Source: the human T2T-CHM13v2.0 reference genome, Homo sapiens | Reading direction: 5' to 3' (one strand) | Assembly: GCF_009914755.1 (NCBI RefSeq) | Contig: NC_060929.1 | DNA: 64,000 nt | Shown here: piece after piece, positions 1 through 19,500 of the stretch | Numbering within the stretch: the stretch's first letter is position 1 | Layout of the letters: each line of letters begins with the position of its first letter | Program-made: the position numbers and the translations under genes | Notes under the pieces: model-generated | Databases searched by the model: none | Seen by the model: only the letters and a program-made list of their open reading frames with translations | Told to the model about the DNA's origin: nothing

Positions 1-200
1 GAAAATAATTTTCAACCCAGAATTTCACATCCAGCCAAACTAAGCTTCATAATGAAGGATAAATAAAATATTTTACAGACAAGCAAATGCTGAGAGATTT
101 TGTCACCACCAGGCCTGCCCTAGAAGAGCTCCTGAAGGAAGCACTAAACATGGAAAGCAACAACCAGTACCAGCTGCTTCAAAATCACACCAAAATGTAA
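1..200 (+). pseudogene. ORF1: L1-A ORF1 C-terminal fragment
   Basis: Colinear with 10248-10448, which translates to the ORF1p C-terminus (…RDFVTTRPAL…). Confidence 0.9.
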
Positions 201-263
201 AGACCATGGAGACTAGGAAGAAACTGCATCAACTAACGAGCAAAATAACTAGCTAACATCAGA

Positions 264-4070
<3,807 letters not shown>

Positions 4071-4288
4071 AGAATGAGAACAGATGGACACAGGAAGGGG
4101 AGCATCACACTCTGGGGACTGTTGAGGGGTGGGGAGAGAGGGGAGGGATAGCATTAGGAAATACACCTAATGCTAAATGACGAGTTAATGAGTGCAGTAC
4201 GCCAGCATGGCACATGTATACACATGTAACTAACCTGCACATTATGCATATGTACCATAAAACTTGAACTATAATAATAATAATAAAA

Positions 4289-7200
4289 GAGAAAGTTTCA
4301 ACACTGTGATATAAATGCACCCATAATAATGAAGTTTCTCATGATGCTTCTGTGTAGTTTTTATTTGAAGATATGTCCATTTCCACGATAGGCCTCAAAT
4401 CCCTCCAAATATCCACTTGCAGATTATAAAAAAGAGTGTTTCAAAACTGCTGAATCAAAACAAAGTTTCAACTGTGAGGTGAATGCACACATCAAAAAGA
4501 AGTTTCACAGAATGCTTCTGTCTAGTTTTTATGTGAAGATATTTCCTTTTCCACCATATTCCTCAAAGCACTGCAAATATCCACTTGGAAATTCTACAAA
4601 AAGAGTGTTTCAAAACTGCTCAATGAAAAGAAAGATTCAAGTCTTTGAGATGAATGCTCACATCACAAAGAAGTTTCTCAGAATGCTTCTGTCTACTTTT
4701 TATGTGAAGATATTTCCTTTTCCACTAGAAGCAGCAAAGCGCTCCAAATATCCACTTGCAGATTCAACAAAAAGAGTGTTTCAAAACTGCTCAATCAAAA
4801 GAAAGGTTCAACTCCGTGAGTTGAATGCACACATCACGAAGAAGTTTATCAGATATTTCTGTGCAGTTTTTATGTGAAGATATTTCCTTTTCCACAAGTG
4901 GCCACAAAACCACTCCAAATATCCACTTGCAAATTGTACAAAAAGAGAGCTTCAAAACTGCTCAATCAAAAGAATGGTTCAACTCTGTGAGGTGAATGTA
5001 AACATCACAAAGAATTTTCTCAGAATGCTTCTGTGTAGTTTTTATGTGAAGATATTTCCTTTTCCATCATAGGCTGCAAAGGGCTTGAAATATCCACTGG
5101 AGATTCCACAAAAAGAGTGTTTCAAAACTGCTCAATCAAAAGAAAGGTTCAACTCTGTGAGATGAATTCACACATCATGAAGAAGTTTCTCAGAATGCTT
5201 CTGTGTAGTTTTTATGTGAAGATATTTCCTTTTCCACAATAATAGTCCTCAAATCAATGCAAATATCAACTTGCAGATTCTACAAAAAGTGTGTTTCAAA
5301 ACTGCTCAATCAAAAGAAAGGTTCAACTCTCTGAGGTGAATTCCCACATCACCAAGAAGTTTCTCAGAATGCTTCTATGTAGTTTTTATGTGAAGATATT
5401 TCCTTTTCCACTGAAGACCTCCAAGCGCTCCAAATATCAACTTGCAGATTCTACAAAAAGAGTGTTTCAGAGCTGATGAATCAAAAGAAAGTTTCAATTC
5501 TGTGATATAAATGAGCACATCACAAAGAAGTTTCTCAGAATGCTTCTGTCTAGTTTTTATTTGAAGATATTTCCTGTTCCACGATAGGCCTCAAATCAGT
5601 GCAAATATACATTGCAGTTTCCACAAAAAGAGTGTTTCCAAACTGCACCATCAAAAGAAAGGTACATCTCTGTGAGATGAATGCACACATCAATGAGAGG
5701 TTTCTCAAAATGCTTCTGTCTAATTTTTATGTGAAGGTATTTCCTTTTCCACCATAAGCCTCAAAGGTCTCCAAATATCCACTTGGAGATTCTACAAAAA
5801 GAGTGTTTCAAAAAGGCTCAATAAAAAGTAAGGTTAAACTCTGTGAGAAGAAAGCATACATCACAAAGAAGTTTCTCAGAATGCTTCTGTCTAGTTTTTA
5901 TGTAACCATATTTCCTTTCCCTCCATAGGCCAAAAAGTGCTCCAAATATCCACTTACAGATTCTGCAAAAAAAGAGTTTAAAAACTGCTCAATCAAAAGA
6001 TAGGTTCACCTGTGTGAGTTGAACACAAAAATCACAAAGAAGTTTCTCAGAATGCTTCTTTGTATTTTTTATGTGAAGATTTTCCCTTTTCCATCATAGG
6101 CCTCAAAGAGCTCCAAATAACTACTTGAAGATTCTACAGAAAGAGTGTTTCCAAACTGCTAAACCAAAACAAATGTTCAAATCTGTGAGTTGAATGAGTA
6201 CAACACAAAGTAGTTTCTCAGAATGCTTCTGTCTAGTTTTTATGTGAGGATATTTCCTTTTACACCATAGGCCTCAAACCTCTCCAAATATCCTTTTGCA
6301 GATACCACAAAAACACTGTTTCCAAAACGCGCAATCAAAAGAAAGATTCAACTCTGTGAGTTAAATGCACATATCGCAAAGTAGTTTCCCAGAATGCTTT
6401 TGTGTAGTTTTCATGTGAAGATATTTCCTTTTATACAAAAGGCCTCAAATCGCTCCAAATATTCACTTGCAGATTCTACAAAAAGTATGTTTCGAAACTG
6501 CTCAATCAAAACAAAGGTTCAACTGTGTGAGGTGAATGCACACACCACAAAGAAGTTTCTCAGAATGCTTCTGTCTAGTTTTTATGTGAAGATATTTCCT
6601 TTTCCACCATAGGCCTCAAAGCACTCAAAATATCCACTTGGACACTCTACAAAAAGAGTGTTTCAAAACTGCTCAATGAAAAGAAATGTTCAACTCTGTG
6701 AAATGAATGCACAGATCACAAACAAGTTTCTCAGAATGCTTCTGTCTAGTTTCTTTGTGAGGATATTTCCTTTTCCACCATAGGCCTCAAACCCCTTCAA
6801 ATATCCATTTGGAGATACCACAAAAACACTGTTTCCAAACTGCTCTATCAAAATAAATCTTTAACTCCGTGAGATGAATGCACACATCACAAAGAAGATT
6901 CTCAGAATGTTTCTGTGTAGTTTTTCTGTGAAGATATATCCTTTTTCACAATAGGCTTCAAAGCACTCCTAATATCCACTTGCAGATCCTTCAAAAAGAG
7001 TGTTTCCAAACCGCTCAATCAAAAGAAGGGTTCAACTCTGTGAGATGAATTCACACATCCCAGAGAAGTTTCTCAGAATGCTTCTGTCTCGTTTCTATGT
7101 GAAAATATTTCATTTTCAGCTATAGTCCTCAAAGCACTACAGGAATCCATCTGCAGATAGTACAAAGGAGTGTTTCCAAACTGCTCAATTAAAGAAAGGT

Positions 7201-8551
7201 TAAACTCTGTGAGTTGAATGCACACATCACAAAGAAATTTCTGAGAATTCTTCTGTCTACTTTTTATATGAAGATATTTCCTTTTCCAGCATAAGTCTGA
7301 AATCACTCTGAATATCCACTTGCAGATTCTACAGAAAGAATTTTTCACTACTGCTCAATCAAAAGAAAGGTTCAACCCTGTGAGATGAATGCATACCTAA
7401 GAAAGTAGTTTCTCAGAATGCTTCTGTATAGTTGTCATGTGAAGATATTTCCTTTTCAACTTTCGGCCTCAAAGCACTCCAAATATCCATTTGCAGATAC
7501 TACAAAAAGAGTGTTTCCAAATGGCTCAATCAAAGGAAAGGTTCAACTCTGTGTGTTAAATTCACTCATCACAAAGAAGTTTCTCAGAATGGTTCTGTCT
7601 AGTTTTTATGTGAAGATGTTTCCTTTTCCACCATAGTCCTCAAAGCACCCAAAAACCACTTTCAGATTCTACAAAAAGTGTGTTTGAAAACTGCTCAGTC
7701 AACAGAAAGGTTCAACTCTGTTAGATGAATGCACGCATCCCAAAGAAGTTTCTCAGAATGATTCTGTCTAGTTTCTATTTGAAGATATTTCCTTTCCATC
7801 TACTGGCCACAAAGCGATCCAAATATCCTTTTATTGATGCTACAAAAAGAGTTTTTCCAAACTGCTGAATCAAAAGAAAGGTTTAATTCTGTGAGTTGTA
7901 TGCACACATCACAAAGAAAATTCTGAAATGCTTCTGTCTAGTTTTTATGTGAAGACATTTTCTTTTCAACCATAGACCTCAAAGTGCTCCAAATATCCAC
8001 TTACAGATTCTACAAAAAGAGTATTTCAAAACTGCTCAATCAAATGAAAGGTCAAATCTGTGAGATGAATTCCCACATCACAAAGAAGTTTCTCAGAATT
8101 CTTCCGTCTAGTTTTTATGTGAAGATATTTCCTTTTCAGTTATTGGCCTTAAAGAGCTCCAAACAACCATTTGCTGATACTACAAAAAGAATGTTTCCCA
8201 AGTGCTCTATCAAAAGAAAGGATCAACTCTGTCAGTTGAATGCACATATCACAAAGAAGTTTCTGAGAATGCTTCCATCTAGTTTTTATGTGAAGATATA
8301 TCCTTTTCCACCATAGGCCTCAAACCCCTCCAAATATCCATTTGCAGATAATACAAAAAGATTTTCCAAACTACTCAATGAAAAGAAAGGTTCAACTCTG
8401 TGAGTTGAATGCACACATCACAAAGAAGTTTCTGAGAATGCTTCTGTCTGCTTTTTATCTGAAGATATTTCCCTTTCCACCATAGGCCTCAAAGCGCTCA
8501 GAATATCCACTTGGAGATTCTACAAAAAGACTATCTCAAAACTGCTCAATT
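4289..8551 (-). repeat. Divergent monomeric alpha satellite (~25 monomers)
   Basis: ~171-bp period of AAAAGAAAGGTTCAACTCTGTGAG…CACATCACAAAGAAGTTTCTCAGAATG…TTTCCTTTTCCACCATAGG, which is the reverse complement of ALR/alpha with an A-type (pJalpha) box. Confidence 0.98.
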
Positions 8552-9433
8552 GGTGGGAGGAGCCAAGATGGCCAAATAGGAACAGCTCTGGTCTGCAGCT
8601 CCCAGCGTGAGCAACACAGAAGACAGGTGATTTCTGCATTTCCATCTGAGGTACCGGGTTCATCTCACTAGGGAGTGCCAGACAGTGGGCACAAGTCAGT
8701 GGGTGCATGCACCGTGCATGAGGCGAAGCAGGGCGAGTCGTTACCTCAATCAGGAAGCACAAGGGGTCAGGGAGTTCCCTTTCCTAGTCAAAGAAATGGG
8801 TGGCAGACGGCACCTGGAAAATCAGGTCACTCCCACCTCAATACTGTGCTTTTCTGACAGACTTAAAAAACGGCGCACCTGGAGATTAAATCCCAAATCT
8901 GGCTCAGAGAGTCCTACACTCACGGAGTCTCGCTGATTGCTAGTGCAGCAGTCTGAGATCAAACTGCAAGGCGGCAGCGAGGCTGGGGGAGGGGTGCTCG
9001 CCATTGCCCAGGCTTGCTTAGGTAAACAAAGCAGCTGGGAAGCTCGAACTTGGCGGTGCCTGCCTCTGTAGGCTCCACCTCTGGGGGCAGGGCACAGACA
9101 AACAAAAGACAGCAGTAACCTCTGCAGACTTAAATGTCCCTGTCTGACAGCTTTAAAGAGAGCAGTGGTTCTCCCAGCACACAGCTGGAGATCTGAGAAC
9201 AGGCAGACTGCCTCCTCAAGTGGGTCACTGACCCCTGACCCCCGAGCAGCCTAAATGGGAGGCACCCCCCATCAGGGGTAGACTGACACCTCACATGGCC
9301 GGGGACTCCAACAGACCTGCAGCTGAGGGTCCTGTCTGTTAGAAGGAAAACTAACAAACAGAAAAGACATTCACACAGAAACGCATCTGTACATTACCAT
9401 CATCAAAGACCAAAAGTAGATAAAACCACAAAG
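8552..9433 (+). promoter_or_regulatory. L1-B 5'UTR internal Pol II sense/antisense promoter with YY1 site
   Basis: YY1 motif CAAGATGGCC at 8564-8573. Many CpGs have decayed to TpG/CpA, so activity is doubtful. Confidence 0.8.
8822..9004 (-). pseudogene. ORF0: L1-B antisense ORF0, truncated at 60 aa
   Basis: MASTPPPASLPPCSLISDCCTSNQRDSV…VRRFLSLSEK…VGVT matches the 71-aa primate ORF0p as recalled (MAGAPPPASLPPCSLISDCCASNQRDSVGVG…). It ends at a TGA where consensus has Arg (CGA). Confidence 0.85.
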
Positions 9434-10448
9434 ATGGGGAAAAAGCAGAGCAGAAAAACTGGAAACTCTAAAAATCAGAGTGCCTCTCCTTCTCCAAAGG
9501 AATGCAGTTCCTCACCAGCAACGGAACAAAGCTGGACGGAGAATGACTTTGACGAGCTCAGAGAAGAAGGCTGCAGATGATCAAATTACTCTGAGCTATG
9601 GGAGGACATTCAAACCAAAGGCAAAGAAGTTGAAAACTTTGAAAAAAATTTAGAAGAATGTATAACTAGAATAACCAATACAGAGAAGTGTTTAAAGGAG
9701 CTGATGGAGCTGAAACCAAGGCTCGAGAACTACGTGAAGAATGCAGAAGCCTCAGGAGCTGATGCAATCAACTGGAAGAGAGGGTATCAGAGATGGAAGA
9801 TGATATGAATGAAATGAAGCGAGAAAGGAAGTTTAGAGAAAAAAGAATAAAAAGAAACGAACAAAGCCTCCAAGAAATATGGGACTATGTGAAAAGACCA
9901 AATCTACGTCTGATTGGTGTACCTGAAAGTGATGGGGAGAATGGAACCAAGTTGGAAAACACTCGGCAGGGTATTATCCAGGAGAACTTCCCAATCTAGC
10001 AAGGTAAGCCAACATTCACATTCAGGAAATACAGAGAACGCCACAAAGACACTCCTCAAGAAGAGCAACTCCAAGACACATAATTGTCAGGTTCCCCAAA
10101 GTTGAAATGAAGGAAAAAATGTTAAGGGCAGCCAGAGAGAAAGGTCGAGTTACCCTCAAAGGGAAGCTCGTCAGACTAACAGCGGATCTTTCGGCAGAAA
10201 CTCTACAAGCCAGAAGAGAGTGGGGGTCAATATTCAACCTTCTTAAAGAAAAGAATTTTCAACCCAGAATTTCATATCCAGCCAAAGTAAGCTTCATAAG
10301 TGAAGGAGAAATAAAATCCTTTACAGACCAGGAAATGCTGAGAGATTTTGTCACCACCAGGCCTGCCCTAGAAGAGCTCCTGAAGGAAGCACTAAACATG
10401 GAAAGCAACAACAAGTACCAGCTGCTTCAAAATCACACCAAAATGTAA
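9434..10448 (+). pseudogene. ORF1: L1-B ORF1 (RNA-binding chaperone), disrupted
   Basis: ATGGGGAAAAAGCAG at 9434. Fragments …EQSLQEIWDYVKRPNLRLIGVPE… and …ETLQARREWG…FQPRISYPAK…. Early TGA near 9578 and frameshifts. Confidence 0.95.
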
Positions 10449-10511
10449 AGACCATGGAGACTAGGAAGAAACTGCATCAACTAACGAGCAAAATAACCAG
10501 CTAACATCATA

Positions 10512-13498
<2,987 letters not shown>

Positions 13499-13707
13499 AC
13501 AATGAGAACACATGGACACAGGAAGGGGAACATCACACTCTGGGACCTGTTGTGGGGTGGGTGGAGGGGGGAGGGATAGCTTTGGGAGATATACCTAATG
13601 CTAGATGACGAGTTAATGGGTGCAGCGCACCAGCATGGCACATGTATACATATGTAACTAACCTGCACATTGTGCACATGTACCATAAAACTTAAAGTAT
13701 AATAAAA

Positions 13708-15261
13708 AAAACTCCTCATTCAAAAGAAAGGTTCAACTCTGTGAGATGAATGCACACATCCCAAAGAAGTTTCTCAGAATGCTTCTGTCTATTTTTTATG
13801 TGAAGACATCTCCATTTCAGCAATAGGCCTCAAAGCGCTCCAACAATCCATTTGCAGAAACTACAAAAAGATTTTTTTCAAACAGCTCAATCAATAGAAA
13901 GTTTCAACTCTGTGAGTTGAATGGACACTTCACAAAGAAGTTTCCGAGAATGTTTCTGTCTAGCTTTTCTGTGAAGATATTTCCTTTTCCACCAAAGGCC
14001 TCAAAGAGCTACAAATATTCACTTGCAGATTGAACAAAAAGAGTTGTTTCAAAGCTGCTTAATGAAAACAAAGGTTCAACTCTGTAAGATGAATGCACAC
14101 ATCACAAAGTTGTTTCTCAGAATGCTTCTGTCTAGTTTTTAGGGGTAGTTATTTCCTTTTCAACTATAGGCCTCTAAGCACTCCAAACATCCATTTGCAG
14201 ATACTACAAGAAGAGTGTTTTAAAACAGCTCAATCAAAAGAAAGGTTCAATTCTGTGAGATGAATGCACACATCACAAGGAAGTTTCTCAGAATCCTTCT
14301 GTCTAGTTTTTATGTGATGATATTTCCTTTTCAACTATAGACCTCAAAGCACTTCAAATATCTATTTACAGATTCCACATAAAGAGTGCTTCAAAAGTGC
14401 TGAATCAAAAGAAAAGTTCAACTCTGTGAAATGAATGCACAGATCACAAAAACTTTCTGAGAATGCTTCTGTCTAGTTTTTATGTGAAGATATTTACTTA
14501 CAGCTCTAGGCCTCAAAGCACTGCAAATATCAATTTGCAGATACTACAAAATAGTGTTTCAAAACTGCTCAATCAAAAGAATGGTTAAACTCTGTTAACT
14601 GAATGCACACAACATAAAGTGGTTTCTGAGAATGTTTCTATCTAGTCTTTATTTGAAGATACTTCTTTTTGAACTATAGGCCTGAAAGCAGTCCCAATAT
14701 CCACTTGGAGATACCACAAAAGGAGGGTTTCAAAACTGCTCAATGAAAAGAAAAGTTCAACTCTGTGAGTTGAATGCACACATCAAAAGAAGTTTCTGAG
14801 AATGCTCCTACCTAGTTTTTATGTGAAGATACTTCCTTTTCCACCATAGGCCTCAAAACGATCCAAATATCCACTTTCAGATTCTACAAAAAGTGTGTTT
14901 CAAAACTGCTCAATCAAAAGAAACATTCAACTCTGTGAGATGAATGTACACATCACAAAGTAGTTTCTCAGAATGTTTCTGTCTAGTTTTTATGTGAGGA
15001 TACTTCCTTTTCAACTATAGGCCTCAAAACACTCCAAATATCCATTTGCAGATACTACCAAAAGAAAGAGTGTTTCCAAACTGCTCAATCAAAAGAATGT
15101 TTCAACTTTGTGATTTGTATTCACACGTCACAAAGAAGTTTCTGAGAATGCTTCTGTGTAGTTTTTGTGTGAAGATATTTCCTTTTCCTCCATAGGCATC
15201 AAAGTATTACAACTATCCTCTTGCAGACTGTAGAAAAAGTGTGTTTCAAATCTGCACAATG
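13708..15261 (-). repeat. Alpha satellite (~9 monomers)
   Basis: 171-bp monomers. Monomer register continues from 8550 across the L1-B TSD. Confidence 0.98.
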
Positions 15262-16517
15262 AAATGGTGCAGGGAAAACTGGCTAGCCATATGTAGAAAG
15301 CTGAAACTGGATCCCTTCCTTACACCTTACACAAAAATTTATTCAAGTTGGGTTAAAGATTTACATGTTGACCTAAAACCATAAAAACCCTAGAAGAACA
15401 CCTAGGCAATACCATTGAGGTCATAGGCATGGGCTAGGGCTTCATATCTAAAACGCCAAAAGCAATGGCAACAAAAGCCAAAATTGACAAATGGGATCTA
15501 ATTAAACTCAAGAGCTTCTGCACAGCAAAAGAAACCACCATCAGAGTGAACAGGCAACCTAGAAAATGGGAGAAAATTTTCACAACCTACTCATCTGACA
15601 AAGGGATAATATCCAGAATCTTTGATGAACTCAAACAAATTTATAAGAAAAAAACAACAACACCATCAAAAAGTGGACGAAGGACATGAACAAACACTTC
15701 TGAAAAGAAGATATTTATGCAGCCAAAAAAAAAAAAAAACATGAAACAAGGCTCACCATCACTGGCCATCAAAGAAATGCAAACGAAAACCACAATGAGA
15801 TAACATTTCACACCAGTTAGAATGTCAATCATTAAAAAGTCAGGAAACAACAGGTGCTGGAGAGGATGTGGAGAAATAGGAGCACTTTTACACTGTTGGT
15901 GGGACGTAAACTCGTTCAACCATTGTGGAAGTCAGTGTCACGATTCCTCAGGGATCTAGAACTAGAAATACCATTTGACCCAGCCATCCCATTACTGGGT
16001 GTATACCCAAAGGATTATAAATCATGTTGCTATAAAGACACATGCCCATGTATGTTTATTGCAGCACTATTCACAATAGAAAAGACTTGGAACCAACTGA
16101 GAGGTCCAACAACTATAGACTGGATTAAGAAAATGTGGCACATATACACCATGGAATACTATGCAGCCATAAAAAATGATGAGTTCATGTCCTTTGTAAG
16201 GACATGGATGAAATTGGAAACCATCATTCTCAGCAAACTATCACAAGGACAAAAAAAGTAATACCGCATGTTCTCACTCATAGGTGAAAATTGAACAATG
16301 AGAACACATGGACACAGGAAGGGGAACATCACACTCTGAAGACTGTTGTTGGGTGAGTGGAGTGGGGAGGGATAGAATTAGGAAATATACATAATGTTAA
16401 ATAACGAGTTAATGGTTGTAGAACCCCCACATGGCACATGAATACATATGTAACAAACCTGCACATTGGGCACAAGTACCCTAAAACAAAAAATGTAATA
16501 ATAATAAAATTTAAAAA
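15262..16517 (+). mobile_element. LINE-1 copy C, 5'-truncated (~1.26 kb; L1PA3/L1PA4-like)
   Basis: Begins AAATGGTGCAGGGAAAACTGG within ORF2. Fragments [18 protein letters not shown]… and …DPAIPLLG…KKMWHIYTMEYY…. 3'UTR with TAACAAACC (older state) and polyA. No TSD beyond shared A's. Confidence 0.95.
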
Positions 16518-19500
16518 AAAAGAAAAGTTCAACTGTGTGAAATGAATGCACACATCACAAAGAAGTTTCTCAGAAGGCTTCTGTCTAGTTTTTATGTGAA
16601 GATATTTCCTTTACAGCCATAGACCTCAAGACGCTCCAAATATGCATTTGCAGATACTACAAAAAGATTCTTTGCAAACTGCTCAATCAAAAGGAAGCTC
16701 AACTCTGTGAGTTGAATGCAAGCATCACAAAGAAGTTTCTGAGAATGCTTCGGTCTAGTTTTTATGCGAGGATATTTCCTCTTCCACCACAGGCCTCAAA
16801 TCGCTCTAAATATCCATTTGCAGGTACTACAAAAAGAGTGTTTCAAAACTGTTCAATCAAAAGAAAGGTTCAACTCAGTGAGTTGAATGCACACATCAGA
16901 AAGAAGTTTCTGAGAATGCTTCTGTATAGTTTTTATGTGAAGATATTTCCTTTTCCACCATAGACCTCAAAGTGCTGTAAATATCCACTTGCAGATTCCA
17001 CAAAAAAAGTGTTTCAAAACTACCCAATCAAAAGAAATCTTCACCTCTGTGAGTTGAATGCAAACATCACAAGGAAGTTTCTCACAATGCTTCTGTCTAG
17101 AATTTATGTGAAGATATATCCTTGTCAACTAAAGGGCTCAAAGTGCTCCAAATATGCATTTTCAGATACGTCAAAATGTGTGTTTCCAAACTGCTCAATC
17201 AAAAGAAAAGTTCAACTCTGTGAGTTGAATGCAAACATCACAAAGAAGTTTCTGAGAATGCTTCTGTCTAGTTTTTATGTGAAGATATTTCCTTTTCCAC
17301 CATAGGCCTCAAAGTGCTGCAAATAACCACTTGCAGATTCTACAAAAAGAGTGTCTCAAAACTTCTCAATCAAAAGAAAGGTTCAAACCTTTGAGATGAA
17401 TGCACATATCACAAGGAAGTTTCTCAGAATGCTTCTGTCTAGTTTTTATGTGAAGATATTTCCTTTTCCACCATAGGCCTCATAGCGCTCCAAATATCCA
17501 TTTGCAGATACTACAAAAAGAGTGTTTCCAAACTGCTAATCAAGAGAAACGTCTGTAAGTTGAATGCACCGATTCCAAAGACGTTTCTGAGGATGCTTCT
17601 GTCAAGTTTTTATGTGAAAATATTTCCTTTTCCACCATATGTCTCAAAGCGCTCCAAGTATCCACTTGCATATTCTACAAAAAGAGTGTTTCAAAACTGC
17701 TCAATCAAAAGAAAGCTTCAACTCTGTGAGATGAATGCACACATCACAAAGAAGTTTCTGAGAATACTTCTGTCTATTTTTTGTGTGAAGATATTTTCTT
17801 TTCAACTACAGGCCTCAAAGCAACCTAAATATGCATTTGCAGATCATACTAAAGAGTGTTTCGAAATGGCTCAATCAAAAGAAAGGTTCAACTCTGTGAG
17901 ATGAGTGCACACATCATAAAGAAGTTTCTGAGAATTCTTCTGTCTAGTTTTTATGTGAAGATCTTTCCTTTTCCTCCATAGCCCTCAAAGCACTCCAAAT
18001 ATCCATTTGCAGATAGTACAAAAAGAGTGTTTCTAAATTGCTCAATCAAAAGAAAGGTTCAACTCTGTGAGATGAAGGTACACATCATAAAGAAGTTTCT
18101 CAGAATGCTTCTGTCTAGTTTTTATTTGAAGATTTTACCTTTTCAACTACAGGCCTCAAAGTGCTCCCAATATCCATTTGCAGATACTTCAAAAAGAGTG
18201 TTTCCAGGCTGGTGAATCAAAAGAAAGATTCAACTCTGTGAATTGAATGAGCACATCACTACAAAGTTTCTGAGAATGCTTCTGTATAGTTTTATGTGAA
18301 GATACTTCCTTTTCCACCATAGGCCTGAAAGTGCTCCAAATATCAACTTGCAGATTCAACAAAAAGAGTGTTTCCAAACTGCTCAATCCAAAGAAAGGTT
18401 GAACTCTTTGAGATGAATGCACACATCACGAAGAAGTTCCTCAGAATGCTTCTGTCTTGTTTTTATGTGACGATATTTCCTTTTCAACTATAGGCCTCGA
18501 AACGCTCCAAATATCCATTTGCAGATACTACAAAAAGTGTTTCAAAAGTGCTCAATCAAAAGAAATATTCAAATTTGTGAGTTGAATGCACACATCACAA
18601 AAAAGTTTCTGTGAATGCTTCTGCCTAGTTTTTCTGTGACGATATTGCCTTTCAACTCTAGGCCTCAGAGCACTCCAACTATCCACTTGTAGGTTCTACA
18701 AAAAAGTGTTTCACAACTGCTCAATTAAAAGAAAGGTTCAACTCTGTGTGTTGAATGCACACATCACAAAGAAGTTTCTCAGAAAACTTCTGTTTCGTCA
18801 TTAAGTGAAGATATTTCTTTTCAACTATAGGTCTCAAAGCACTCAAAATATACATTTGCAGATACTACAGAAAGAGTGTTTTCAAACTGCTCAATCAAAG
18901 AAAGTTTGAAATCTGTGAGCTGAATGCACACATCACAAACAGTTTTCTGAGAATGTTTCTGTCTATTTGTTATGTGAAGATATTTCCTTTTCCACCATAG
19001 GCCACGAAGCACTCCAAATATCCACTTGCAGATTCTACAAAAAGAGTGTTTCAAAAATGCTCATTCAAAAGAAACGTTCAACTCTGTGAGCCTAATGCAC
19101 ACATCACAAAGAAATTTCTCAGAATCCTTCTGTCTAGTTTTTGTGTGAAGTTATTTCCTTTTCAACTACAGGCCTGAAAGCACTCTAAATATCCATTTGT
19201 ACATACTACAAAAATAGTGTTTCCAGACTGCTCAATCAAAAGAAAGGCTCAACTCTGTGAGTTGAATGCACCCATAAAAATGAAATTTCTCAGACTGTTT
19301 CTGCCTATTTTTTATGTGAAGATATTTCTTTTTCCACCATAGGCCCCAAAGCACTCAAATTACCCATTTACTGATACTACAAAAGAGCGTTTCCAAACTG
19401 CTCAATCAAAAGAAAGTTTCAACTCTGTGAGATGAATGCATACAACATAAAGTAGTTTCTCAGAATCCTTCTGTCTAGTTTTCATGTGAAGATATTTGCT

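Noticed and set aside
4123-4150. G-quadruplex-like G-tracts (also ~13553, 16360, 21340, 31710)
   Set aside because: Known standard feature of the L1 3'UTR.
15262-16517. L1-C as the displaced missing piece of L1-B
   Set aside because: It overlaps sequence that L1-B retains, has its own 3'UTR and polyA, and shows older diagnostics.
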